Assembly (NCBI RefSeq): GCF_009914755.1
Contig: NC_060936.1
Direction: 5' to 3' (one strand)
DNA length: 64,000 nucleotides
DNA from: the human T2T-CHM13v2.0 reference genome, Homo sapiens
In this document: positions 28,401 through 45,300 of the stretch, piece after piece
How the letters are laid out: each line of letters begins with the position of its first letter
Position numbering within the stretch: the stretch's first letter is position 1
Notes under the pieces: model-generated
Told to the model about the DNA's origin: nothing
The model's input: the letters and a program-made list of their open reading frames with translations, nothing else
The model's database searches: none
Program-made: the position numbers and the translations under genes

Positions 28401-28909
28401 AGAGAAAAATACATTTAATTGCTTAATTGACCCATTCTTGATTGACACAATCTTCTGCATGGCTTATAGATGATTGAACCCAATATCATATTAACTATTT
28501 TATGGCATAGAGAAAGCTCCATCCCAAAGGATCATAGTTTCATTGACCCATCGTGAAGAGAAAAATGTTTTTAAAAGTTAAGGTTTAAATGAAAAAGTCT
28601 TCCTCAAACTGTCAGTGAGCCAATACAGGCAGGAAGTCAAGCAGGAAGACAGATTGGAGCAATTGGACAGGGTAGTTGAAAAGAAATGCAGCCTGTGTAG
28701 AGGGGTGAAAAGCAGCCAGGGTGACAGACCAAGGGGGACATCTTCCAGCAAAGGACAGGTGGAGCTTTCATGGTAGGTGAGCCAGTCAGGAATTAGGTCA
28801 TGCCTGCTTCCCTATACATCCAAAGTTATGAATGGATGGATGGGTATTGAGAGGAGGATCACTTCAAATACACACACCCACACACACTTTCACACACACA
28901 CTGTGATAG

Positions 28910-29364
28910 TGTGATAGTTAATTTTCTGGGTCAACTTGCTTAAACTATGGTGCCCAGTTGTTTGGTCAAACACCAGCCAGAATGTTGCTGTGAAGGTATC
29001 CTTAGATCTGGTTAACATCTACATCAGTAGCCATGGAGTAAAGCAAACCGCCCTCCACAATACGATGGGCCTCATCCAATTAGTTACAGGCTTACGAGCA
29101 AAAATGGAGATTTCCTGAAAAAAGAAGCAATCCTGCCTCAAGACTGCAACATAGAAACCCTTCCTGAGTTTTCATCCTGCAGATTTTTGACTCAGGACTG
29201 CAACTCAGCTCTTCCATAAATTTCAGACTTACCAGCTCCCACAATTGTGTCATCAATTCCTTAAAATAAATCTCTCTCTCTCTTGCTTCTGTCTGTCTCT
29301 GTCTCTATCTCTGTCTCTCCCTCCTCTATTGGTTCCATTTCTCTGCACAGCCCTGACTAATACA
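28910..29364 (+). mobile_element. MLT2 (ERVL) solo LTR, MLT2B/D-like
   Basis: tgtgatagttaattttctgggtcaact start and ccctgactaataca end, with an internal CT-rich run. Confidence 0.85.
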
Positions 29365-29469
29365 CCCTCCCACAACATGCCCATAGACACACACCTACCT
29401 TTCCCTCCTCTTCCTTCTTGTTTAAAATCTTTTGCTAGCTTCCGCTGAAAATAGAGTTTCTTTCAAACT

Positions 29470-29960
29470 TCTTATTCTGGCCAAGAATATCTGAATCTCT
29501 AATCTGAACTCATCTCTTCTCATTGTAAACTGGCCTTCTCTCTGTACCTGAAGTGTGCCAGCTCATTCCTGCTTAAGGCCTTTGCCTTGTGGTTCCTTGT
29601 GAGGCTTTTCTCCTAGTTCATGGCAAAAGGGCCCTCTCCTTTCTTTCAGAATTGAGCCTAGATGCCATCTATTTAGTGGTGACTTCTCTGACTGCTTTAT
29701 TCTATCCCATCCCAAGCAATGCATTCTCTATTAAAACATCATATCATGTTTTGTTGTCTTTATAGACCTTATGATCCGGAATTCCTATTGATTTATTACT
29801 TTACTTTTTAATTTGTGTATCTTGCCTCTCACCTCCCATATAGGCCACACGAGGGTAAAGGCCTGGTCTAGCTTGTTCACAGCTGGAAGCCCAGTACCTT
29901 GAACAGTGCCTGGTATATGTTGGTTGATCCACCAGTACTCTTGAAAGAGTGAATGGCAGT
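29470..29960 (+). mobile_element. L2 fragment
   Basis: aaggcctttgccttgtggttcct...cagtaccttgaacagtgcctgg...gagtgaatg. Confidence 0.65.
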
Positions 29961-30509
29961 CTGTACAATCATCTGGAGGAAAGGGCTCAGAGTCTGTTGG
30001 GGGTGGTTATTTAAAATGCGAATTCCTGTATTCCAACCTCAGAATCTGTTTTGGTAGTTTTAGATTGAAAAACAAAGTCCTAAAATGTGTGTTCCTTTCT
30101 TGATTGAATTTCTTGGATAATAGCTATGGGTTGAGGACTTCTTTTAGAAAGACAATCTTTCACAGAAATAGAATATATTTCACTTGGCTTATGAGTGAAA
30201 GTGGATCTTGAGGTAGCTCTCAAACCATGACACCACATCAGATTGCACTTCTGATCTACTGAAGCAATATTTCTGGGTATTAGTTCCAGGAATCACTATT
30301 CCTTACAAGATCTCCAGGTGCCGCTGGTAAGTATCCAATTTTGTGCAGCTCCAGAGTGTGAGGGACTCATGATCAAAACTGATGGGACACAAAGCAAGCA
30401 TTGATGTGACTTCTCCATATGCATATAAATAAAAGCCTGTGAATAACATACCATATCTGATAGATGTATTTTTGGGGCAAGCAACAACAAACAACAAAAT
30501 CTGATTAAC

Positions 30510-30965
30510 AGTAGATTAAACAATAGGTGCTATTTTTGCCTCTCATTACAAGAATCTTGAGTTAGGTGTTTGCTGGCATCGGTTCAGTAGCTCTGCAGAG
30601 CCCTCAAGGATCCAGGTTATTTCTCCCTTTATCTTTCACCATCCTCACACGCTTGCTTTCTTCCTCATGCTTATAACTCCATGTTTGCGTAACACTGACA
30701 CAGCTTCAGGCATCACATTCACATGCAAGGCAAGATGAAGAGTCAAGGGCTCTTCTCTTTATCTAGAAAGAAAAGTCTCTCTCAGGAGCTCACTCAGAAT
30801 ACTTTTTGTTTTTCCTTGGCCAGCACTTGGCATTTTACACTACAGGCAAGAAAGTCTGGGGACATGAGTAGACAGCTCTCCTTCTCCAGACTCCACAGTG
30901 GGAGGTGTCCAGTGAGAAGGGGATTGGAAATGATTTTTAAGGGGCCAAGGAAGAGCATTTACCAC
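30510..30965 (-). mobile_element. degraded MaLR LTR (MLT1-type)
   Basis: caaggatccaggtt...cagcttcaggcatcacattcacat...ttggccagcact...gcaagaaagtctggg. Confidence 0.55.
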
Positions 30966-31182
30966 ATGTACCTGTGGTGGGAACATTGCGTAGCCCAGAT
31001 AATGTCCAAGAGGGAGACATCTACCCTCTTTTGCTCCATTCAGTCTTTGCTTTTTTAGGATTATTTTTTTCTTCACCAAGAGAATTTTCCCGAAGTGACT
31101 GATTCTTACTCCCAAACTCTTCATGTACTTTTGATGGCAACAACAATTTACTATATGCCAGACATTATCTATAAGATGTGTG

Positions 31183-31185
<3 letters not shown>

Positions 31186-31218
<33 letters not shown>
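31186..31218. repeat. (TG)n microsatellite
   Basis: Directly visible. Confidence 0.95.
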
Positions 31219-31221
<3 letters not shown>

Positions 31222-31413
31222 ATCTAAGTGAAACATAACCCATATGTCCCTTAAGCTACTTAAACCTTCCTTAGATAGTCAAATGGCCTCTTCTTTTGAT
31301 TTAATATATGTAGTTCAACTTGGTCTGTGTCTGGAGAATGAATTCCATTTCTGATAATTGTTAGGGGTAAGGATATTAAGTATACCATGATTAAAGGATA
31401 TGAGTGTCTACTA

Positions 31414-31854
<441 letters not shown>

Positions 31855-31928
31855 TCAAATTATCTTCTGCTTCTGAATCAAAACACTCGGTCATAGGCAA
31901 ATGTCCAAGTGATGAAGACAATGGTATC

Positions 31929-32291
31929 TGATATGGTTTGGCTGTGTTCTCACCCAAATTTCATGTTGAATTGTAATCCCCACATGTCAGGGGTGGGAGG
32001 TGATTGTATCATGAGGACAGATTTCCCTCATCCTGTTCTCATGATAGTGAGTGAGTTCTCATGAGATCTGATGGTTTAAAAGGGTGGCACTTCCCGCTCA
32101 CTCTCTTTCTCCTGCTCTGCCATGGTAAGATATGCTGACTTCCCCTTCTGCCACGATTGTAAGTTTCCTGAGGCCTCCCAGTCAGGCTTCCTGTTAAGGT
32201 TGTGGAACTGTGAATTAATTAAACCTCTTTTCTTAAGAAATTACCCAGTCTTTGGTAGTTCTTTATAGCAGTGTGAAAATGGACTAATACA
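31929..32291 (+). mobile_element. MSTA/THE1D-type MaLR solo LTR with 5-bp TSD GTATC
   Basis: tgatatggtttggctgtg...ggactaataca, with GTATC at 31924-31928 and 32292-32296. Confidence 0.92.
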
Positions 32292-34540
32292 GTATCCATA
32301 TATTTATCTCGCTAGTATCAATGGTCCTTTACTGAGATTTTTTTAGCTATTTTCTTCTAGAAAACTCATTTTCTCAGTACCTCAGTCAGTACTCTTAAAG
32401 GTGGATGTTTTGGCAACAAGAAAGAGAAACTCCATCAGAAGTACCAAGAAAAAGCTCTGAGCTCATTTTCTGTGTACTTAAGGTCAGAACTACATCAGAG
32501 CAAACACACACTGCCTATTTGAATACACAACATAAAAGAAGGGCAATCCATCATTCATTAAGTTCCCCTCAAACACACTTGCACCTGCAGATTTCCTGGA
32601 GGTTCTTTTTTTTTTCTCTTCCTTAGGGGGAGGGTCTTGAAGTACCAGGACTCTCAAGCACCTGGAGGCCAACAACTGCAGATGTCTGCCTGAAGGCAAA
32701 GATTTGATCAGGTTTATGAAACCAGCATGGTATGCCCTAAAAAAACAATGATCTACAGAGATTATAAAGCTTGAAGTGTTTTTAATCCTGAAGATATGCA
32801 AACTATATGCCTACAAAAGATTTGGGAGATTCTGCAACAAAAATATAGAATGATTTTCAAATGCATCCTATCAAGAAGTAGAATTTTGGTTGACATTAAG
32901 GGTTTTGTGTGTGATAGCACTTCATTTTATGTTGTGTGAATATAGTAAGAGAATCTATGATAATTGCAAATGTGTCTTCAGTAGAGAAGAAAAGAAGGTT
33001 CTTTATGGCCACATGTTCAGAATCTGTATTATTGTTAATAGCCCAAATTTGGACTCTGAATTTTCCCCAGAATTTAAACTATCAGGTTTTTAAAGTAAAA
33101 ATATATCATTATTTACTTCAATAACATCTCTAAAAATGTCTTGGCTACCTAAAATATATCAAGATTTAGACTTAGTCAGAACTATTAAGTAAATTTCCTT
33201 TGATTAATAAATTGTTTTCCATTTAAAACAAAAGAGGAAAGCAAAACTGTTTTCTTAGAATCAGCCAAGATGTTTGTCTTAAAACCTGTTGGCTTTGCCT
33301 ATCCCTAATTGTTCCTTTCTGATTCACATTAGAAGCCTATACTGTTGCTAACAAACCTGACCATTTTGGCAAATTACTACAGTTGCACTGCTCCAAGTTA
33401 GACTCTATGGTATTGTGTAAAAATTGAGCATTTAGTGGCTTAGTCACACCACAAAATTGCAAAAGTTCTTAAGTCTAGGTCAACTTGAACAAGTTTGTTC
33501 TTGATTTACATGCCACCTCCAAAAATATGTCAGGGTATTTATTTGCTTTCAGAATAGCTTGCATCTCTCTTTCAGAGGAGAGGTGAGGCAAACATAGGTT
33601 GTGATGATGAGTGATTGCCCCCACACGTGCAACTATGAGAGCGCTTTTTTGGATTTGGGTAACACCAATTTTAAATATTTAACCCTTGCGATCACTTACT
33701 ATTTACCAATACCATCTTCTCAGCTTTGTTCTAAATTATTTTCTTAATTTTTTTTAAGGCCAAGAGCCAGGAGGTCAAACCTTCTGCCCCTCTGACCAGC
33801 TGCATGCAGGCAATTAGAGCAATACCACTTTTAAACACAGGTTTGAGCACTACAAGTGTAATTCTCAGACTTATCTGTATCCGAGGGTTATCCTCAAGAA
33901 TCTCTTGACTCATACTCTAAGATTCTCAGAAATATTTACTGGAAAAAAAATCCAAACTCTGAGCAGCTATCACATAATCTCTTTCATCTGCTGAAGCCGC
34001 CATGTTGTTCATAGCGGTAGGGAGACACAGCAGAAAACTGGTCCATCGTTATTTATGTTATTCACTTTCAGGAGAACTAAGGCATCTCACAATGGAACAG
34101 TCCAATTCTATTTTTACTGATTTCTGAATGCTGCTTCAGACAGGTTTTTTTTTTTTTTTCTACTGCTGTTGTTAGTGCTTTCAGTTAACTTCAGAGAATG
34201 AATACATATCTATCCAACCAGTAAAGCGACATATTCAGAAAGGATCCTATTTTTGTTTAAGGGCTTGCTATATTCTTTCAGATTTATCCATAAGCTTATA
34301 ATAGGACCTGGAAACACAGGCAAAGATGTGAATTGAGATGATTAAATAATGTTTTCAGGCTGTCTTTCCTCCTCTAGCTGGATTGATCGGGTGCTGTCGT
34401 TCTGTGCGTTAGAGTAAGGCTGACATTCGCTCCTGCATTGTGCCTTGTGTTGGGCAGAACTGAGACTCGTGGGTGGAGGGCAGTGGGGATGAGCTGATTG
34501 GACCACTTTTAGGCCAAGTAAGAGAGAACACATATACTTG

Positions 34541-35069
34541 TGTTACAGGAAAGGTGTTCGATCCATACCCCAAGAGAGGGCTCATACTCCAAGAAAGAAT
34601 TCAGGATGAGTCCACAGTGCAAAGCAAAGGCAAGTTCATTAGGAAAGTAGAGGAATAAAAGAATCGCTACTCCACAGGGCAGCCTGAGGGCTGCTGGTTG
34701 CTCATTTTATGGTTATTTCTTTTGCTGAACAAGGGGTGGATTATTAATACCTCCCCTTTTTAGACCATATAGGGTACTTCCGGATCTTGCCGTGGCATTT
34801 GTAAACTGTCATGGTACTGGTGGGAGTGTAGCAGTGAGGACAGAGGACACTCTCGTGGCCATGTTGGTTTTGGTAGGCTTTGGCTGGCTTCTTTACTGCA
34901 GCCTGTTTTATCAGCAAGGTCTTTATGACCTGTATCTTGTGCTGACCTCCTATCTCATCTATGATTTAGAATGCCTTCACCACCTGGGAATGCAGCCCAG
35001 TAGGTCTCAGCCTCATTTTACCCAGCTCCTATTCAAGATGGAGTTGCTCTGGTTCAGACACCTCTGACA
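34541..35069 (-). mobile_element. MER41A (ERV1) solo LTR
   Basis: Minus strand begins TGTCAGAGGTGTCTGAACCAGAGCAACTCCATCTTGAATAGG and ends CCTGTAACA. It lacks the tandem-GAS segment after AAAAAGGGGAGG that typifies MER41B. 4-bp TSD cttg/ctgg. Confidence 0.88.
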
Positions 35070-35479
35070 CTGGTTCACCTGCAGAGAGGATGTTGAGGAA
35101 TAAGTTTCATGTACAACTCACCCTTATTCAGAGCTGTTTCATATCAATCCTGAAAAAGGAATTTAGCAAAATTAAGAGTTAACTGCCTATAACCAGTTCA
35201 AGCCGTAAGTGGATTGAGTGCTCTCTAAGAATAGACAAAAGCTTTTTTTTTTCCTGAACAATTGATTATTGAGCAACCAGAAATAAAATGTTGTCAAGCT
35301 AGCCTTGAATAGGAGACTAAAGAAGTTCTAACCAGGATTTCAGAAAAAAATGTCTTTTTATTTTTAAGTGTGAGCAATGGCAAGACCAAGTAACTCTGTT
35401 ATGGACTCAGCTGCTCCCAAAGTCACAGGGATCTATTGATAACCACCCAATCCCTCATGCCCCAGGCCACCAGAATCTA

Positions 35480-36050
35480 GTCTCCCCACTTTAGTTTAGC
35501 CTCCGTTTTTCTGCCAGAGTTATCTTTCTAAAATTCCAGTCGAACCATGTTTTCTGCTTGAAAGTATTTGATGGGTGTCCATTCACATAGAAGACAAAGT
35601 CAATCCCTGCAGCTTGGCATTCGAGGCCTTTCCTCATCTGGATCCTGTCGAAATTTCCAGCCTCTTTTATCCTGATCCAGCTTACTCTCAGCCACATGAC
35701 GCTTTTCACTATCTCTTGAGCAGACCCACTCTTGTGTGTGGTCCCCTCCATGTGGAATGCCCTCTTTCTACCAAGGTCTACATATCTCACACAACTCCTC
35801 CAGAGGGTTTTTCCCTTGTCTTAGCTCTTCCCATTTCTACTCAGAAAGAAAAAAAAAATCAGTGCTCCCATCCTGAACTTGTTGCATTCTGATAGATAAT
35901 TATGTTCTCACCAGTATGTCCTACCAGGCTGTGAACTGAGTTCCTTGATGGAAAGGATAATGTATTACTCAACTTTATCCCCACAGTTTCTTGTGGAGAT
36001 GTGGCATATAACACACAGTTAATAATTACTGACTTTTATTGAATTGTAGA
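35480..36050 (+). mobile_element. L2 fragment
   Basis: tgccagagttatctttctaaa...gaatgccctct...gttccttgatggaaagg...gtggcatataac. Confidence 0.65.
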
Positions 36051-36145
36051 AACAGCAGGTTTGGGCAGGATATAATGCAAATGTTGAGTGATAACAGTTT
36101 TAAAATATTTATTTATTTTTGGTTCCCATTACTTATTCCGCTAGA

Positions 36146-36222
36146 ATAGCACTGTCCAATAGAAATATAACGTAAGCTACAGATGCAAATCACAGATGTG
36201 ATTTTAAATTTTCTAGTAGTCA
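36146..36222 (+). mobile_element. MER33 DNA transposon, 5' part
   Basis: agcactgtccaatagaaatataa...gtgattttaaattttctagtagtca. Confidence 0.75.
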
Positions 36223-36955
36223 ATCTTTACTTTTATTTCATCCCATAATCTCTCCAATCTTCTATTTTGAGGATTTTTTTGGTGTTTTTAACTGTTTATT
36301 ATATTTTATTAATTATTTCAAATATACTTATTTCATAGTATCATCTGATAGGATTACTTGTTGAAATTCTTAATTGTCTAATTCTGCTGACTTTTGCTTA
36401 CACTGTTTCAGAATTTGGGGATTGTGAGCTTCTTTTCAGCATACCTTTAGCTGTGGGAATCCTGTGAAGTTTCAGGGAGGATTTGATTTACTTCTACCAA
36501 TGACCCATTTTATTGTTAATTTCTTAGCTTTCAGTAGTCTCACTTAAAAATAATGCAAATTTAAAAATCGATTGTATGTCAGCATAGACCCATGACTAAA
36601 CATTTTCTTTACCCTGTATTCAGTGGTTTACAGTAAGTTAGCCTGTTAGGGTGAGGGGCACTGTATTGATAAACTGTAAAAAATTGTGTATTCTCTTTCT
36701 TTTTTTTAAAATTTACTTATTTTATTTTATTTATTTATTTATTATTATTATACTTTAAGTTTTAGGGTACATGTGCACAATGTGCAGGTTAGTTACATAT
36801 ATATATATACATGTGCCATGCTGGTGTGCTGTACCCACTAACTCGTCATCTAGCATTAGGTATATCTCCCAATGCTATCCCTCCCCCCTACCCCCACCCC
36901 ACAACAGTCCCCAGAATGTGATGTTCCCCTTCCTGTGTCCATGTGTTCTCATTGT

Positions 36956-40802
<3,847 letters not shown>

Positions 40803-40865
40803 TATGATGTTAGCTGGTTATTTTGCTCATTAGTTGATGCAGTTTATTCCTAGTTTCGATGGTCT

Positions 40866-41816
40866 TTACATTTTGGCATGATTTTGCAGCGGCTGGTACT
40901 GGTTGTTCCTTTCCATGTTTAGCGCTTCCTTCAGGAGCTCTTTTAAGGCAGGCCTGGTGGTGACAAAATCTCTCAGCATTTGCTTGTCTGTAAAATATTT
41001 TATTTCTCCTTCACTTATGAAGCTTAGTTTGGCTGGATATGAAATTCTGGGTTGAAAATTCTTTTCTTTAAGAATGTTGAATATTGGCCCCCACTCTCTT
41101 CTGGCTTGTAGAGTTTCTGCTGAGAGATCTGCTGTTAGTCTGATGGGCTTCCCTTTGAGGGTAACCCGACCTTTCTCTCTGGCTGCCCTTAACATTTTTT
41201 CCTTCATTTCAACTTTGGTGAATCTGACAATTATGTGTCTTGGAGTTGCTCTTCTCGAGGAGTATCTTTGTGGCGTTCTCTGTATTTCCTGAATCTGAAT
41301 GTTGGCCTGCCTTGCTAGATTGGGGAAGTTCTCCTGGATAATATCCTGCAGAGTGTTTTCCAACTTGGTTCCATTCTCCCCGTCACTTTCAGGTACACCA
41401 ATCAGACTTAGATTTGGTCTTTTCACATAGTCCCGTGTTTCTTGGAGGCTTTGCTCATTTCTTTTTATTCTTTTTTCTCTAAACTTCCCTTCTCGCTTCA
41501 TTTCATTCATTTCATCTTCCATTGCTGATACCCTTTCTTCCCGTTGATCTCATCGGCTCCTGAGGCTTCTGCATTCTTCACGTAGTTCTCGAGCCTTGGT
41601 TTTCAGCTCCATCAGCTCCTTTAAGCACTTCTCTGTATTGGTTATTCTAGTTATATATTCTTCTAATTTTTTTTTAAAGTTTTCAACTTCTTTGCCTTTG
41701 GTTTGAATTTCCTCCCGTAGCTTGGAGTAATTTGATCGTCCGAAGCCTTCTTCTCTCAGCTCGTCAAAGTCATTCTCCGTCCAGCTTTGTTCCATTGCTG
41801 GTGAGGAACTGCGTTC
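40866..41816 (-). pseudogene. L1 ORF1 lacking its first ~22 codons, with an internal TGA at 41550-41552
   Basis: ERSSSPAMEQSW...RSLRSR* followed in frame by MEDEMNEMKREG...QNHAKM. Confidence 0.92.
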
Positions 41817-42015
41817 CTCAGATGGAAATGCAGAAATCACCCGTCTTCTGCGTTGCTCACGCTGGGAGCTGTAGACGGGAGCTGTTCCTATTCGGCCATC
41901 TTGGCTCCTCCCCCTCCCTTTTTTTTTTTAAAATAGGTTGGTTACTTAAGAATTCTGGATGGTAACAGAAAATAAGATGTATAAAGATTAAAGTACTATA
42001 AATGTATTAATAAAA

Positions 42016-42284
42016 AAACTTTCTAATAGTCACATTAAAAATAAAAAGAAACAAGTAGAATTAATTTTAATAATATAGTTTGTTTAACTTAATATGCCCC
42101 AAATATTATTATTTCAACATGGCCTTAACATAAAAAATGATTTAGGATATTTTACCTTTTTTTTTTCTTTTACAGTCTTTGAAATCTGGTATGTATCTTT
42201 CACATCTCAATTCAGACAAGCCATATGCCAAGCACTCAGCAGCCTTGCATGGCTGATAGCTAGAGCTGTGAAGAGCACAGCTCT
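42016..42284 (+). mobile_element. MER33 DNA transposon, 3' part
   Basis: ttctaatagtcacattaaaa...aattaattttaataatat...gaaatctggtatgtat...cacatctcaattcagac...gagcacagctct continues the 36146-36222 piece. Confidence 0.75.
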
Positions 42285-42651
42285 GGAGATTTGTACCTCC
42301 ATTCAGGACATTCCTGGGTGCTCTATAATAACTGCTTCAAGGGACGGATGACAAACCGAGAGGACCAAGGCTCTTTTGCTGGCTTTTGAGTTTCAAAATC
42401 CCAGGCCCTCTGTGGGGAAAGAAAGCCTCATTCAGAGGAAACAGACTTGGTAGAAACCTTATGATGGCTTCCTGTGGCATCTTCCCACCCCACCCTGCCC
42501 CTAAATGAACACAACTAAGTGCCTCCAGTGATGCATACAAGTGCACAAGTACATACGCAAGCAAAGATCCCCTAAACCAGGGAGTGGGGAGCATTTAAGG
42601 GGAAGCAGGAGGTGAACAAACAATGTGATCCTGGAGGAAGAAGGGTTCATG

Positions 42652-42653
<2 letters not shown>

Positions 42654-42692
<39 letters not shown>

Positions 42693-42707
42693 GTCTCTCC
42701 CTCTCTC
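42654..42707. repeat. (CT)n microsatellite
   Basis: Directly visible. Confidence 0.93.
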
Positions 42708-43319
42708 AGGTTCAGAGTAGGGGATAACTGAAATCCAAGCTGGCTTTGGATTTGAAGATTTGAGAGCAATGAAGGCCTGGGTCCCCTTTCTCAGGAGGAA
42801 CTTAAGGAGTGGGCAAGTAGAAGGCTCTATGAAGTATGTCCACGCTGATGGACTTGAGATGACCTCACAGAATTTCCACATGTCCTGGAGCCTTATAATC
42901 ACTCCTGTACACCCAGATGGCCTGTTGATCGTCTCATTTGGGTTTCCCTTTCTTTTGTAAGAGAAGCAAAAGGATCCCATGTGCCAGAAGAGAGAGAAAA
43001 GTACAGATAAAAAACAGAGAGAGAGACAGACAGGCAGGTAAACGGACAGATAAATACGCAGACATGGAGAGCCTGTGGTGGACAGTGACCTATATTGACA
43101 TGGGGTCAGAGACGAGACAGAAGCAAGACAGCTGAATACATGTCACCATGGATAGGTGACGACTCTAAGAGGACATACCTCTCAGGCTCTGGCACCACAT
43201 AAACTCTTCTGGAAATTATACACAACTCCAGGGAGAGGGAGGGTGGCAGGGATAAATTGACTGGGCTTAAGTTTCTTCTACCTGAAGCATGAGGACTTAT
43301 ATAATAAAAATTAAGTTCT

Positions 43320-43615
43320 GGCTGGATATGTTGGCTCATACCTGTAATCCCAGCACTTGGGGAGCCTGAGGCAGGCAGATCGCTTGAGCTCAGGAGTTTG
43401 AGACCAGCTCGGGCAATATGGCGAAACCTTGTCTCTACAAAATACAAAAATTAGCTAGGCGTGGTTGTTCGTGCCTGTAGTCCCGGCTACTCAGGAGGCT
43501 GAGGTGGGAGGAGCACTTCAGCCTGGGAGGTCGAGGCTGCAGTGAGCTGAGATCTCACCACTGCACTCCAGCTTGGGCAACAGAGTGAGACCCTATCTCA
43601 AAAAAAAAAAAAAAG
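43320..43615 (+). mobile_element. AluJ with TSD aaattaagttc
   Basis: Full dimer, A tail, TSD at 43308-43318 and 43616-43626. Confidence 0.93.
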
Positions 43616-44933
43616 AAATTAAGTTCAATTATAGAAAAACAAAGGAAGTTACATCTCTTACACAGCGGATTTTGTGGACAGAGATTCCAACATCCAAAGA
43701 ATATTTTGGGTTCCCAGTGACTTCCATGTCTATTTTTAATGGTACTTAGACAATAGTCTTACCATCATCCTTAAATTTATTTTATTTAGGAAGGTACTAA
43801 AGTCACAGAAAGAATTTGAAAATATTTTCAATTGTACATTATAATTAATTATAATTAAATTCTTACTAGATTCAGATAATCTAAAAATTTTAAGACACAG
43901 ACTTCCTCATGTAGTCAAGGAATGGATGGAACCTGAAAAACAGATGGTGCTGATTGTTGAGAAATGTAGGGTCAGCGAATTTAAGAATTCCCTGTTTCTA
44001 GTAACCTAGAGAAGTGATAGTCATGAGCAGATACCATCTTTCTACACGGGATTAGTGTGCCCTGTTACTCTTGCTACCTTGCTCTAGGAGTTATCAGAAA
44101 GAGAAGAGAGTAAAATCTAACCTGTATAAAAAGATGTGGACTCTGGTAGATTTCTTAAAAGGAAGGAACTAGAGATCATAGGGACTAAATTCAGGTGAAA
44201 TAGGTTGGTGCCCTTTGCTGATCCAATAAGAAAAGATTCTGTCATTTGTCTAACCATTGTGGGTGGCTGGAAGTTATGGGGATAGAGAGAAATGCAGGTA
44301 AACTAAGTCTAGATTAAGGACAGAATATATTTAAGAACCAAGATTTGATGAGGCGAGACACAAACACAAAAGTTACTTAACTGTTAGCTTCAAAAAGGTT
44401 TGCATCATATATATTTGACATCCTCTCCTCTTCTAAAACTGAGAGGAGAAATAATGAAAAGCTCACCGGTTGCAGAATCAAGATCTTTAACCCACCACCT
44501 CTGGAAAAACCTCGCTTCTCGTCATGCTAGGAGTCTGTCTGACCCAATTAGTCAAGAGAAAATAGATTCAGAACTTTCCCAGCAGCTCAGAGGAGTACAA
44601 GGGAATCTGCAGGGAGGTGATAAAATGAGAACATTCTCAGAAAACTTACCTCAAATGACATGACTTCTCTGCAAGTTAAATATATTGAAATTTTAAAAAG
44701 GAGCTAGGAAAAAAAAAAAAGAGACCCAATTACCAAGAAAAGAGTTGTCCCTAAATAATGGGGGTGTGCATTGCCTCCCAGGGCCATTTGCTCATTTCTA
44801 CCATCTCCCCAAGGGAAGCCATGTTCCCCCACTCTGTAACAGCATCGGGGGCTGTTAAAGCCTCCTTCTTCGTTTTTCTTTAGATGAGATAAAGGAGAGA
44901 GAACGTAAATGTTCACTTGTGGGATGGGACAGA

Positions 44934-45060
44934 GGAGTGCAGAATAGTAGGCAGGCATTTTTACTTTCCTGTGAGAAATCTTTCAAGAGATCTAGTTTTC
45001 ATGATTACTGCTTGTGTGGGAATTACAGATGCTCTTTGTTGTCTCGTTTCTTAAAAGGTG
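44934..45060 (+). repeat. 127-bp unique segment, copy 1 of a local duplication
   Basis: Matches 46029-46157 with 6 substitutions and one 2-bp indel. Confidence 0.95.
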
Positions 45061-45300
45061 AAACAATAACTTCCCTCAGAGGTCTTTTAAGAGCTAGCGG
45101 AAGAAAGTTTGGGAGCTAAAATCAACAAAAGCACAGAACATTCCAGAAGACATGACCATGTCAACGTCTTCTCCTTGGAATCCAGTTGAGTTTTATATTA
45201 GCCGTAGCAGCAATGGTATTAGCACTGGTAGCAGTAGTAATAAGTGAAGTATTGAATATTTGTTAAGACTTTATTATGTGTCAGGTATTGTAGCAAGCAC

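Noticed and set aside
34541-35069. MER41 as an interferon-gamma/STAT1 enhancer
   Set aside because: The tandem GAS-bearing segment is absent in this copy.
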